Shown here piece after piece: positions 17,809 through 27,077 of a stretch of DNA of 64,000 bases; within the stretch, counting starts at the first letter, position 1, and every line of letters starts with the position of its first letter. A model generated the notes under the pieces. That model saw nothing but the letters and a program-made list of their open reading frames with translations. It did not search any database and had not been told where the DNA came from. This DNA comes from Candidatus Saccharimonadia bacterium. GTDB lineage: Bacteria > Patescibacteriota > Saccharimonadia > Saccharimonadales > JALRHH01. The stretch spans positions 236,020 to 300,019 of the forward strand of contig JALRHH010000001.1 of NCBI GenBank assembly GCA_023253175.1, read 5' to 3'. A program made the position numbers and the translations under genes.

Positions 17809-18912
17809 TTGATGCCTACAGAACCTATTACCGATCCGCACAACGCTGAACTGGAAAGAGAGCGACTGACCAGCCTGATCAACAGCATGGCGGATGCGGT
17901 CATTGCTATTGATGAAAAGACACATATCGTTGTCTACAATGGTGCTGCATTGAATATCCTTGATGTGAATAGCACCATTACAGGGAAGTTACTTACAAAA
18001 GTAATCAAACTAATTGATAAAACAAATCAACCTGTTGATATCAAAACTATTATTCTTGATACCAAGACTCAAACTACGAACCGTGACTGGAGGCTCCAGT
18101 ATCCTGACGGGAGTACAGTTAACCTATACACCAGCATTGCTCCCGTAAAGCTTGGATACGGCCAAGAAGGCATGAGCGGCTACGTTATCCTACTTCGTGA
18201 TATCACCCGCGAGAAATCACTTGAGGAAGAACGAGACGAGTTTATAAGTGTCGTGAGTCACGAACTACGTACACCAATAGCAATTGCCGAGGGTAACATT
18301 GGAAATGCCGAATTTATTCTGGAAAAGACCGGCGACCAGACAAAGGTTAAAGAGGCCCTAGAACAGGCGCATGATCAGGTTAACTTCCTTAGTGGCATGA
18401 TCAACGACTTGTCGACCTTGTCACGTGCAGAGCGCGGCAAGCTCCAAGTAGATGTCGAGGACATAAACACTTACGAATTAATTGAAGAAATCGGCAAATT
18501 ATATACACCTGACGCAGAAGCAAAGGGTCTCAAGCTCTTTGCCGAGCCTGACCGAAGCCTTGAGCTTCTTAAATCATCCCGTCTATATGTGCGTGAAATC
18601 CTCCAGAACTTTGTAACCAATGCTATCAAGTACACAGAAGAAGGTCATGTTACGATCAGTGCCCGGAAACGCGATGGAGGTGTCGTCTTTGATGTTACCG
18701 ACACTGGAATTGGCCTGAGCAAGGCTGATAAAGAGCGTGTGTTTGATAAATTCTGGCGATCAGAGGATTTTCGTACTCGCCAAAACAATGGCACCGGTCT
18801 CGGTTTGTATGTAACTATGAAGCTAACGCGCCTTATTCATGCAGAAATAGACGTACAAAGCGAAATCAACAAGGGATCTACCTTTAGTATCTTCGTCCCC
18901 AATCTTGCGTGA
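17809..18912 (+). CDS. cytoplasmic PAS-domain sensor histidine kinase (no partner regulator in window)
   Basis: PAS-like N-terminus, H-box SHELRTPIAIAEGN, N box NAIKYT, G boxes DTGIGL and GTGLGLYV. Confidence 0.85.
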   Translation: MMPTEPITDPHNAELERERLTSLINSMADAVIAIDEKTHIVVYNGAALNILDVNSTITGKLLTKVIKLIDKTNQPVDIKTIILDTKTQTTNRDWRLQYPDGSTVNLYTSIAPVKLGYGQEGMSGYVILLRDITREKSLEEERDEFISVVSHELRTPIAIAEGNIGNAEFILEKTGDQTKVKEALEQAHDQVNFLSGMINDLSTLSRAERGKLQVDVEDINTYELIEEIGKLYTPDAEAKGLKLFAEPDRSLELLKSSRLYVREILQNFVTNAIKYTEEGHVTISARKRDGGVVFDVTDTGIGLSKADKERVFDKFWRSEDFRTRQNNGTGLGLYVTMKLTRLIHAEIDVQSEINKGSTFSIFVPNLA

Positions 18913-18996
18913 AAAGTATGCTAAGTTAAAGTTTTCACGAATTGACGCATATAAAGCTATGCCGTGAAAACCTTTGCTCAATATACTTTTCACGGC
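18908..18996. repeat. two tandem hairpins CGTGAAAA-N16-TTTTCACG
   Basis: CGTGAAAA at 18908 and 18963; TTTTCACG at 18932 and 18987. Both loops are exactly 16 nt with unrelated sequence. The second stem extends to 10 bp (GCCGTGAAAA/TTTTCACGGC). The outer 8-mers overlap the stop codons of the two convergent genes. Confidence 0.6.
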
Positions 18997-19253
18997 TGTG
19001 AGTGCCTGAGCGCTTCCTTATAGGGTTTTATACGATCATGGCGTATCTTTTCACCCACTAGAGCCAATCCGGTGCCGGCAGCTGCAAGCATACTACTTGC
19101 GAGTGCATCAGTTTGCTCGGTGACACTGCCGACCACAGACAGCGAAGTGAGAGTTGCCCAGATAGCAAAATTAGCCAGACGTACGCCTCTTTCGTATGTT
19201 TCGACATCGTGTCTAGTATATTCTACCTCTAAATCTGGGATGCGTACGTTCAT
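18990..19253 (-). CDS. small hypothetical membrane protein (87 aa)
   Basis: ORF immediately downstream of the GT2 gene on the same strand; two hydrophobic segments. Confidence 0.4.
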   Translation of the reverse strand: MNVRIPDLEVEYTRHDVETYERGVRLANFAIWATLTSLSVVGSVTEQTDALASSMLAAAGTGLALVGEKIRHDRIKPYKEALRHSQP

Positions 19254-19266
19254 TGATAAGCTCCTT

Positions 19267-20754
19267 TTACTCTATTTTAGGCAAATGTGGGACGACATGC
19301 ATCACTGGTATGCAAATGTTACGCTCTTTCCATATGACTTCGCCAAACTCGTATTTGTACATTGAATAGAGAGTCAGCCACATATCAATCGCTACGGCGT
19401 ATGGCAAATTCCATACGGCAGCCAAGATATTAACGGGATTGGTCAGGTGGATAATCGTGATGTGAGTTAATACGAGTAGCGCAGAACTAATGGCGCTGGC
19501 AATTAGAATGATTGAATTATCACTGATCAAGCCAATGAAAATCCCTCCGAACGGTCCGATCAATAGCACAAGCTGACTGATGACAGTAAAGATCACGAGC
19601 TCTGGACGCTTGCTAAGCTGCGGATATTTGACCCTAATGGCCGTATCACGTTGATCTGCAAATGATTTAGCAGTCTGTACATCAAGAATATCGTTAGCCC
19701 TAATGAAACTGTAGTCGTTCGTTTTGATAAGCTCACGTGCAAAAAACCGCTCAGGAATAATAGATCGACTAATTGCCGCAAATCCACCCAGTTTCTTGAG
19801 TTTCTTTTTCTTGATAAGCCAGCAGGTGCTCAGCACTGCAGGTTTGTTAAGCAGCGTTCTGGGCAATACCAGCTCCCACCAGTAACGCAGTGGCTGCACA
19901 AAGGCATGGCTGAGATTGCTCGAGAAACGACGCGGCAAAATACTAATCATCTGCTTGTCACGCGCCAACATCTCTGTCACGAGCGCACGGAATGCATGGG
20001 CACCAAAACGTACATCAACACCGGCAAATAACAAGATCTCGCCGCTCGCCTCAGCCGAGAGTCGTTCGTATGCTGCATTTTTCGCAAGCCACTTCTCGTC
20101 AGGTTCACTGCCTTTTATGAATCTGACTCCGTCCTGGGCGAATTTCTTAATAATTTCCGATGTTTGATGGTGTGAACAGTCATCGAGCACTACAATCTCA
20201 AGCTTTGGATAATCACTTGATAGGCAACTTCGCAGACAGAGCTCCAAGTCATCAGTTTCATTACGTGCCGGAATCAAAACAGACAGTGTCGGTAATTCTT
20301 TGTCAGCAAAGAATGTAGTACCTTGTCGATAGCTCGTCTTTCGTACGTTAAACAAGAGTAGACCGATCATGGCGAAAGCTGTGATTACCTGCGACACTGT
20401 GATTCCATACAAAGTACTCAGTCGCGGGACAAAAGACACGTCGAACCAGACTGCAGCAAGTGGCAGCGTAGAGACCAATAAAAGCCAGAATGATGTACGG
20501 CGGGTGGCCCGGAGTAAATAAGAATCATGCATACGGCCCTTGGCAATACGCAAGTAATTACCGATACGAAGTAGTCCTAGTAAAAGAATGATACCGGCGG
20601 CCAGGCTTGGCTGATCTAGTAGCAGTGAGACACTGGATGCAGAGACGGCAGCAGTCAATAAAATAACGAGGGGGGTTCTTACTCTCCAAAATACACCCCT
20701 ATACAGTAAAGCCTCGACAAAGATTGAGAGTATTAGTGCGCTCAAAAATAGCAT
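19267..20754 (-). CDS. membrane-embedded family-2 glycosyltransferase
   Basis: N- and C-terminal TM bundles flank a GT2 core: LSVLIPARNETDDL...IVVLDDCS. Confidence 0.8.
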   Translation of the reverse strand: MLFLSALILSIFVEALLYRGVFWRVRTPLVILLTAAVSASSVSLLLDQPSLAAGIILLLGLLRIGNYLRIAKGRMHDSYLLRATRRTSFWLLLVSTLPLAAVWFDVSFVPRLSTLYGITVSQVITAFAMIGLLLFNVRKTSYRQGTTFFADKELPTLSVLIPARNETDDLELCLRSCLSSDYPKLEIVVLDDCSHHQTSEIIKKFAQDGVRFIKGSEPDEKWLAKNAAYERLSAEASGEILLFAGVDVRFGAHAFRALVTEMLARDKQMISILPRRFSSNLSHAFVQPLRYWWELVLPRTLLNKPAVLSTCWLIKKKKLKKLGGFAAISRSIIPERFFARELIKTNDYSFIRANDILDVQTAKSFADQRDTAIRVKYPQLSKRPELVIFTVISQLVLLIGPFGGIFIGLISDNSIILIASAISSALLVLTHITIIHLTNPVNILAAVWNLPYAVAIDMWLTLYSMYKYEFGEVIWKERNICIPVMHVVPHLPKIE

Positions 20755-20815
20755 AACAACTATATAGTACCGTAGTTTGCCACATATGTGTCTAAGTGCT
20801 ATAACTAGTTTACTT

Positions 20816-21928
20816 ATGATGCCAGAAACACAATCAATCGCCAGAGCTATGCATGACCATGGCGCAGAAGCGCTTGCTAACGGATATGAAGCACTTCGCC
20901 AAAGTCTCGTGAAGCCTGCTGGTGAACTACTGATGGGGGCATCTTTGAGGGGTATAGATAACTATATGAATAAAACTGACAGAGAGCAGTTTAGGCAAAG
21001 GCGAGAGAATACTCAGTTTATACTTGAGTCAGCAAGTATCCTACCGGAATTCAATACGCTGAAACTACCTGGTAGACCTGATGAGCAACGATATGGAAAA
21101 GCAATGGTACAAGCCTACCTTCAAAGTGCAGGTTGCTCTCACCAGGGAGCTGTAGAGATTAATCCTATTAATGCGCTACGCCTTAGCGATAAGCCAGAAA
21201 ACTATCTTACACTGCATGGCCTAACAGATAGGGTTATATGGGCCTCCCAAAAGTTAGATAAATCCATCTTCGGAAAGTATGACTACAGAAGTCCGCTTTT
21301 TGTGGTCGGAACTAATCCGAAGCTAGGCATAATTGCCTTTGAGCCAGGCCATAAACTTCATTCACCTGGAGGAGGAAGGCTTTACAAGCTTGAAGGGCGA
21401 CAAGGCAGGAGATTGGCCAAGCAGTACGCTATAGCGCTCAAACACATAGACACTGATAACGTAAAACCATTTTATGAATCTGGAAGTAACTCGTATCTTA
21501 TTCATGGATACCATAAGAATGCTACTACTGTAGAAAAGAGCCAATTTGAGGATGTTACTTTAGGTGTACCTGATTATGACATTCATAACTACAATATACT
21601 TGCTCATTTGATGAATCTATCTGCACTTTTCGGTGTTGAGAGCCATTATGCAGAGATACTTGATAAATACACACAAGATGCCCCAGTCCATGAGGTTAGA
21701 CTTCTGAAAGGAATACTAGAAGGCCACCTTGATATTGGAGACCTGTCCGAGCTAGATGCGCGGTGGAGTATATATGAGGAGCCGATCCATGCCAGTGATG
21801 AAGCGCACGAAGAGACCACGACTATAGACATCAAATCATTGAACAAAGAAAGAAGACGCAACGCCTTAAGAGCAATACCAGAAGAGGGACTAAGAAGAAA
21901 GTTCCCGGATATCGTAATCATTGATTAA
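20816..21928 (+). CDS. hypothetical protein (~370 aa)
   Basis: ORF track gives 20777..21928; the ATG at 20816 lies 10 nt after TGcTATAAC (20797..20805). No recognisable domain. Confidence 0.5.
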   Translation: MMPETQSIARAMHDHGAEALANGYEALRQSLVKPAGELLMGASLRGIDNYMNKTDREQFRQRRENTQFILESASILPEFNTLKLPGRPDEQRYGKAMVQAYLQSAGCSHQGAVEINPINALRLSDKPENYLTLHGLTDRVIWASQKLDKSIFGKYDYRSPLFVVGTNPKLGIIAFEPGHKLHSPGGGRLYKLEGRQGRRLAKQYAIALKHIDTDNVKPFYESGSNSYLIHGYHKNATTVEKSQFEDVTLGVPDYDIHNYNILAHLMNLSALFGVESHYAEILDKYTQDAPVHEVRLLKGILEGHLDIGDLSELDARWSIYEEPIHASDEAHEETTTIDIKSLNKERRRNALRAIPEEGLRRKFPDIVIID

Positions 21929-21978
21929 GTAATGTATCTTGCGAAGTGTCAGTTAGTTTGATATATTGACACGTGAAC

Positions 21979-22006
21979 GAACCTATATATGTAGGTTCTT
22001 TTTATT
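21979..22006 (+). terminator. intrinsic terminator
   Basis: GAACCTA-tatatg-TAGGTTC followed by TTTTTATT. Confidence 0.65.
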
Positions 22007-22122
22007 ATCTACGCAGCAACAGATGGCTATGCCAGATGGTGTGACCGAGCGAAAGCGAGGATGGACGGCATGTGCCGGACAGGTGGAAATATCAAGTCAT
22101 TAGGCTTAAATGGAGAAACAAG

Positions 22123-22557
22123 ATGGCAGATACGGGTGAGAACAAGCCAGCCAAAAAGCGGCAACTTAAAAAAGTAGAGACTGTTAGGCAGCGCGTAGAG
22201 CGTGGCGATACCGCCCAGCCAAAGCGTCGTCATGTAAAGAAGGCCGCAGGAAAGCTTAGCTTGCCGTTTCGTCTTCTATGGAAGGTCGTTCGATTCATTG
22301 CGCGTCCATTTGCATTTCTGTTAATTCCGTTCAAGACAAAGCCTGCGCGTTTTGTAGGGCGAATCCTGGCAAAGGTGCTACTGTTCAAGTTCTTCCGTGA
22401 ATCATGGCAGGAGCTCCGCCAAGTACAATGGCCAACCGCACGTGAAACGACTCGTCTTACAACGGCAGTATTTGTATTCTCTCTCGTGTTCGGCACCATT
22501 ATCGCATTGACTGATTTTGGACTTGAGAAAGTATTTAAAGCAATATTCATTAATTAA
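22123..22557 (+). CDS. secE: preprotein translocase subunit SecE with long basic N-terminal extension
   Basis: C-terminus ELRQVQWPTARETTRLTTAVFVFSLVFGTIIALTDFGL is the canonical SecE TM3 region. ATG at 22123 is preceded by GGAG. Lies immediately upstream of nusG. Confidence 0.8.
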   Translation: MADTGENKPAKKRQLKKVETVRQRVERGDTAQPKRRHVKKAAGKLSLPFRLLWKVVRFIARPFAFLLIPFKTKPARFVGRILAKVLLFKFFRESWQELRQVQWPTARETTRLTTAVFVFSLVFGTIIALTDFGLEKVFKAIFIN

Positions 22558-22566
22558 GGAATTACT

Positions 22567-23112
22567 ATGACAAGCAAACGATATGATGCAAGCAAACAGT
22601 GGTACGCAATCCACACCTACAGTGGCTATGAAGAAAAGGTAGCTGAAAGCATTCGCCAGCGCGCGGATTCACTGGATATGGCAGATAAGATCTTCCAGGT
22701 TATTGTGCCAAAAGAAAAGATGATCGAAGTAAAGAACGGCAAACGTAAGGTCGTTGAAAAGCGTATCTTCCAGGGTTACGTTATGGTTCAGATCAAAATG
22801 AGCGAGGACGCATGGTACATCGTACGTAATACGCCTTCAGTCACTGGCTTCGTTGGAAGTGGTACGGAACCAACCCCAATCCCTAACGATGAAATTGAAA
22901 AAATTATGAAGCGTATGGGCCGTGAAGAACCAAAGCACAAGATCGATTTCAATATTGGCGAAGTTGTCAACATCACTGACGGTCCGTTCAAGGGCTTTGA
23001 TGGCTCAATCAACGAGATTGACCCAGCCAAGGGCAAGCTTAAGGTTCTTGTGAACATGTTTGGGCGTGAAACTCCTGTTGAACTCGACAGCCTTCAAGTA
23101 AAGCGAGTGTAA
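22567..23112 (+). CDS. nusG: transcription termination/antitermination factor NusG
   Basis: WYAIHTYSGYEEKV (NGN) and GEVVNITDGPFKGFDGSINEID (KOW). Confidence 0.95.
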   Translation: MTSKRYDASKQWYAIHTYSGYEEKVAESIRQRADSLDMADKIFQVIVPKEKMIEVKNGKRKVVEKRIFQGYVMVQIKMSEDAWYIVRNTPSVTGFVGSGTEPTPIPNDEIEKIMKRMGREEPKHKIDFNIGEVVNITDGPFKGFDGSINEIDPAKGKLKVLVNMFGRETPVELDSLQVKRV

Positions 23113-23387
23113 TGACCGATCCGGAGCATCTGCACACACCGGAAAACGAATCAGAAAAGGCGCGAAGTAACGTCGTTGGCGCTGCTGCATGCCTCGCGGT
23201 CACCGCCGTGTTTGCAACGGCAGGCTCAAGACTAGATGGAATTGAATCTATGTCATGTGGCATAGTGGCAGGTGTGGCGCTTATCGAGTCACTCACTTGC
23301 ACTAAAAATGGCTTGGCACACTATCAAGCTAGCCGTGAACTGAGAATAGCCAAAGACCACAGTAGGGAACATTATGACGGACAGTGA
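23112..23387 (+). CDS. small two-TM protein, paralog A
   Basis: Start overlaps the nusG stop (TAATG). MTDPE..; two hydrophobic helices; C-terminal HYQASRELRIAKD. Confidence 0.45.
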   Translation: MTDPEHLHTPENESEKARSNVVGAAACLAVTAVFATAGSRLDGIESMSCGIVAGVALIESLTCTKNGLAHYQASRELRIAKDHSREHYDGQ

Positions 23388-23679
23388 GATAAAACTACAC
23401 ACTGATGCGGCGAATCGTAACCGTGAGGACGCAGAAAATGATTTTCGTGAAGCAGCACTGACGGCTGCAGGTTTTGCCGCAGCGACTCTGATAGCAAGAG
23501 AAGTAGTGGAGTTTATACTGCCAGAAAGTAAATTCAGAGAAGAGGTCAGTTCAAGAGTGATTACCCTTGGATTGGCTACAACAGGAATAGTATTTGGCGC
23601 TGGAAGTATTGCTGCCTCCCTATCGAGATATCAAGAACTACAAGAGCTACGAATAGTGGCAGAACTCAAGAAAAGCTGA
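23374..23679 (+). CDS. small two-TM protein, paralog B
   Basis: MTDSE..; two hydrophobic helices; C-terminal RYQELQELRIVAE. Same layout as 23112..23387. Confidence 0.45.
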   Translation: MTDSEIKLHTDAANRNREDAENDFREAALTAAGFAAATLIAREVVEFILPESKFREEVSSRVITLGLATTGIVFGAGSIAASLSRYQELQELRIVAELKKS

Positions 23680-23700
23680 TTTTTATACTATAGAATGCAT

Positions 23701-23736
23701 AAATAGCGCATCATCGGTGCACTATTTATTTTGCTT
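23701..23736 (+). terminator. intrinsic terminator-like hairpin
   Basis: AAATAGCGCA-tcatcgg-TGCACTATTT (one mismatch) followed by ATTTTGCTTTG. Confidence 0.5.
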
Positions 23737-23788
23737 TGAAATAGAAACGCTGGCAGTGTATAGTCATGCGAAACATAGCGGAGATGTC

Positions 23789-24007
23789 ATGGCAGCCGAG
23801 CAAGAACCAAGCGTAATGAATCACACTTTAGAACTTGAACATGCCCAATATCTGGCAGCAATGTCCCCAAAAGAAGCTAAAGACACTATGAATAAATTGC
23901 TTTTTAGGGCAGCCCAACTAGGTATGAGTAACGCGAAGGATCCGGAAGAATACGCAGAATGGACATCAATCTATTTAGAAGCCGTGGGCGATAGCGACTA
24001 CATATAG
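23789..24007 (+). CDS. small hypothetical protein (72 aa)
   Basis: ORF track gives 23717..24007; the ATG at 23789 is preceded by GGAG. No motif. Confidence 0.4.
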   Translation: MAAEQEPSVMNHTLELEHAQYLAAMSPKEAKDTMNKLLFRAAQLGMSNAKDPEEYAEWTSIYLEAVGDSDYI

Positions 24008-24121
24008 ACAATTAAGGGTAAATCTGGTAGGATTAACAGGTTACGCACTACTAAAAGGTAGGAGATAATCGGGCCAAAGCTTCATTAAGGTCACGATCAT
24101 CGTAATAAGGAGATAAAACTT

Positions 24122-24550
24122 ATGGCAAAAGCAGTAAAAGCCAATTTAAAGATGAAGATTAAAGGTGGACAAGCGTCAGCAGCTCCTCCAGTAGGTTCAT
24201 CTTTAGGTCAGCACGGTGTTAACATGATGGATTTCATCAACCCGTTCAACGACCAAACTAAAGACATGATGGGCAAGGACGTTACTGTTCACATTACCAT
24301 CTACGAAGACCGCACCATGGATTGGCGCGTTGTCAGTGTTCCTACTGACATCCGCATCATGAATGAACTTGGTATCAAAAAGGGTTCTGGTCGTCCAAAC
24401 AGCGAAAAGATCGCTAAAAAGCTTACGGATGCACAGCTTACAAAGATTGCAGAAGAAAAAGCAGCTGACATGAACACACAAGATGTTCCAGCAGTTAAAA
24501 AGATGGTTGCTGGTACAGCACGATCAATGGGTGTAGAGATCGAAGCCTAG
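24122..24550 (+). CDS. rplK: 50S ribosomal protein L11
   Basis: KGGQASAAPPVGSSLGQHGVNMMDF... canonical L11; AAGGAG SD. Confidence 0.95.
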   Translation: MAKAVKANLKMKIKGGQASAAPPVGSSLGQHGVNMMDFINPFNDQTKDMMGKDVTVHITIYEDRTMDWRVVSVPTDIRIMNELGIKKGSGRPNSEKIAKKLTDAQLTKIAEEKAADMNTQDVPAVKKMVAGTARSMGVEIEA

Positions 24551-24553
24551 GTT

Positions 24554-24775
24554 ATGACGTTTGAGTTTGAGCAAGATACATTCGAGCCAACAAACAACAT
24601 AAGCCAAGATCAGGGTGTGTTTACAGGAGTAGACGTATCCCACCTAGCAGAAGAGTCAATACCGTTTACATACGTCAGGAAAGTTGGCGGAGATTTGATT
24701 AAGACCTATCTTGGAGATCACCCAGATGCTCCAATGCTAAACAGCCCGATTAGGAACGGTGAACTCCGAAAGTAA
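24554..24775 (+). CDS. small hypothetical protein (73 aa)
   Basis: ORF only; wedged between rplK and rplA; weak SD. Confidence 0.35.
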   Translation: MTFEFEQDTFEPTNNISQDQGVFTGVDVSHLAEESIPFTYVRKVGGDLIKTYLGDHPDAPMLNSPIRNGELRK

Positions 24776-24790
24776 ATTGAGGGAGGTTAT

Positions 24791-24952
24791 ATGACCGAAC
24801 ATCAACCAAATAGATTTGAAGTAGTGCCCAACCCAGACGAGGATTTTCTTGAAAGGTGCAAGACACGAGCTAATCAAGAGACACATTATCAGCTTACCGG
24901 CGAGACAGTAAGCAGTGTTGCAGTAAAAGCAATCGTCTCAATCGAAGAATAA
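24791..24952 (+). CDS. small hypothetical protein (53 aa), below ORF-track cutoff
   Basis: GAGGGAGG SD 5 nt before ATG. MTEHQPNRFEVVPNPDEDFLERCKTRANQETHYQLTGETVSSVAVKAIVSIEE. Confidence 0.35.
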   Translation: MTEHQPNRFEVVPNPDEDFLERCKTRANQETHYQLTGETVSSVAVKAIVSIEE

Positions 24953-25004
24953 TAACGAGATGTGGGAGGCCAATCGGCCGCTATTACCACAAAGGAGAAC
25001 AATT

Positions 25005-25967
25005 ATGGCAAAGACCAAAGCCGAACTACTCGAGGAAGCAAAGACTTTGAACCTCGAAGTTACAGAAAAGAATACCGTAGCTGAGATTACCACAGCTATC
25101 GAAGGTGCGGCAGCGCCTGCAGAAGAAAAGAAGGCTGCAAAGAGCGGCAAGCGCAGTGAAAAGGGTATCCAAGAAGCCGAAGAAAAGGCAGCCAAGAAGG
25201 ATGCTCAGGAGCACCGTGCAGAAGACGAAGCCGAAGAAGCCGCAAAGCCAAAGCAGCCACAGCGCGCGACTACTGTGCTTGAGCGCAGGGCAAAGGGCTA
25301 CCGCAAGGCAGCTGAATCAGTTGAAAAGGGCAAGGTTTACAGCCTTAAAGAAGCACTTGATCTTGCAGTTAAGACAAGCTACGTAAAGTTTGACGCAACT
25401 GTTGAACTTCACATCAACCTTGGCGTTGATCCTCGTCAGGCTGATCAGAACCTTCGTGACACTATCCAGCTTCCAGCTGGTACTGGTAAGACTGTTCGTG
25501 TTGCCGTGTTTGCAGACGCTGATGATGCAGCTGCGGCCAAGAAGGCTGGTGCTGATATCGCTGGTAGCGACGAGTTCCTCGCACAGCTAGATAAGGGTAA
25601 GATTGACTTTGACATCCTAATTGCAACACCTGCAATGATGGCAAAGCTTGGTAAGTACGCACGCGTACTTGGTCCAAAGGGACTAATGCCAAACCCAAAG
25701 AGCGGTACTGTTACGACTGACGTTGTAAAGGCTGTTACTGAATCAAAGGCTGGCCGTGTTGAATACCGTGTTGATAGCACTGGTATCGTACACGTTGGCG
25801 TTGGTAAGGTAAGCTTCGGCGCTGACAAGCTCAGCCAAAACGTTAAGGCTGTATTCGCTAGCATCAAGAACAACAAGCCAAGCTCAATCAAGGCTGCGTA
25901 TGTTCAGGCAATTCACCTTACGACTACAATGGGTCCTTCAATCAAGGTAGAAGTTAGCGAAATCTAA
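25005..25967 (+). CDS. rplA: 50S ribosomal protein L1 with ~95-aa N-terminal extension
   Basis: AAAGGAG SD before the ATG at 25005. Canonical L1 begins near RRAKGYRKAAE..KFDATVELHINLGVDPRQADQ. The extension is KTKAELLEEAKTLNLEVTEKNTVAEITTAI (HeH/Rho_N-like) plus a K/E/A-rich linker. Confidence 0.9.
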   Translation: MAKTKAELLEEAKTLNLEVTEKNTVAEITTAIEGAAAPAEEKKAAKSGKRSEKGIQEAEEKAAKKDAQEHRAEDEAEEAAKPKQPQRATTVLERRAKGYRKAAESVEKGKVYSLKEALDLAVKTSYVKFDATVELHINLGVDPRQADQNLRDTIQLPAGTGKTVRVAVFADADDAAAAKKAGADIAGSDEFLAQLDKGKIDFDILIATPAMMAKLGKYARVLGPKGLMPNPKSGTVTTDVVKAVTESKAGRVEYRVDSTGIVHVGVGKVSFGADKLSQNVKAVFASIKNNKPSSIKAAYVQAIHLTTTMGPSIKVEVSEI

Positions 25968-25982
25968 TTTAAAAACCCACAA

Positions 25983-26027
25983 ATAATAAAACAGCCGTTG
26001 GCAGAAGCTAGCGGCTGTTTTATTATT
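25983..26027 (+). terminator. intrinsic terminator after rplA
   Basis: AATAATAAAACAGCCG-loop-CGGCTGTTTTATTATT. Confidence 0.65.
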
Positions 26028-26054
26028 AAGGAGTACAGCTAGGGAGAAACAAAA

Positions 26055-26432
26055 ATGAATGCGTTCAGATCAGAAGACGACGCTGCGGCGTATAGTGTTT
26101 ATCTGCAAAATAACAATCAAGATACGGCCTGTCCATTCTGTGCTATACGACTCGGCAATGAACAGTATGTAACCGAAAGTGAACACTTCGTAATAATGCG
26201 TAACAAATTTCCGTATGTTACATGGGACGGAGGAGAGGTTTCAGAACATTTGATGATCATACCAAAATCTCATCTTACTGCTTTGTCGGAACTTAACGAA
26301 CACGAAAGCAAGGAGTACCTTACGATCGTGTCAGAGTATGAAGACAATGGATTTAATGTTTACGCTCGTACCGCCGCCTCAAAGGCTCGCTCGATCAAGC
26401 ACCAGCACACTCACTTTATAAAACTATACTAA
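26055..26432 (+). CDS. HIT-family nucleotide hydrolase/transferase
   Basis: Histidine triad HQHTHFI near the C-terminus; HLMIIPKSH. Confidence 0.85.
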   Translation: MNAFRSEDDAAAYSVYLQNNNQDTACPFCAIRLGNEQYVTESEHFVIMRNKFPYVTWDGGEVSEHLMIIPKSHLTALSELNEHESKEYLTIVSEYEDNGFNVYARTAASKARSIKHQHTHFIKLY

Positions 26433-27005
26433 CTGTATCTCAACTGCCGGCTGAGCGGTCAGCGGATCGATTACATATACAAAATAGGCATTTAGTTCAC
26501 CATTAATCATTCGCGGGAATAACGTAGGCTTGATAACCAGCAGGTTCTTCTCAAGAGAAATTTCGGTGATCGTACCTTTGATATTCTTTTTCTTATTGGG
26601 ATTCGACCTATAACCTGTTTGCTGATTGAACCAAACTGTATCGAAGGGACTTTCCGACGCTTCAAACGGCGTAATAAGCACCTTCTTGCCAATATAATCC
26701 CTAGAGACCTGATCTTGTAGCGCAACTAATTGCTGCTGACTCATTTGCTGCAACTGCTCTGCCTGAACCTTCATAACATGTGCGTTAACACTTGCACGTC
26801 CAATATCATTTTGCCTGACTGGGCTGATACTCCCGGGATTGAGGTACGACTGACTGCTCAAAGACTGAAGCTCAGACACCACGGCTTCTTCAGACCTATG
26901 CGCTTCGGCCTGCGCGTACTGGGCCGTAGCCAGTCCTATGAAAGCAGATTGATAATCTGCCACGAGCAGCTGACCTGAAACTGGAGTTTTCTGTTTCTTC
27001 TTCAC
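26424..27005 (-). CDS. hypothetical protein (193 aa)
   Basis: ORF only; Gln-rich helical middle. Confidence 0.45.
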   Translation of the reverse strand: MKKKQKTPVSGQLLVADYQSAFIGLATAQYAQAEAHRSEEAVVSELQSLSSQSYLNPGSISPVRQNDIGRASVNAHVMKVQAEQLQQMSQQQLVALQDQVSRDYIGKKVLITPFEASESPFDTVWFNQQTGYRSNPNKKKNIKGTITEISLEKNLLVIKPTLFPRMINGELNAYFVYVIDPLTAQPAVEIQLV

Positions 27006-27077
27006 TTATCTATTCTATCAAAGCTACTCAAATTGATTTATACAGTCATATTCCTGCAAGGTTGTTAGAATAGGATA

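Noticed and set aside
22010-22122. Expected tRNA-Trp or rpmG upstream of secE.
   Set aside because: No cloverleaf or L33-like ORF can be found there. tRNA-Trp is at 14278..14353 on the other strand.
24938-25891. Alternative-frame and antisense ORFs across rplA (24938..25195, 25105..25386, 25390..25590, 25445..25891).
   Set aside because: They are generated by the repetitive GAA/GCA/AAG-rich extension and by the GC-rich L1 body. L1 motifs identify the true frame.
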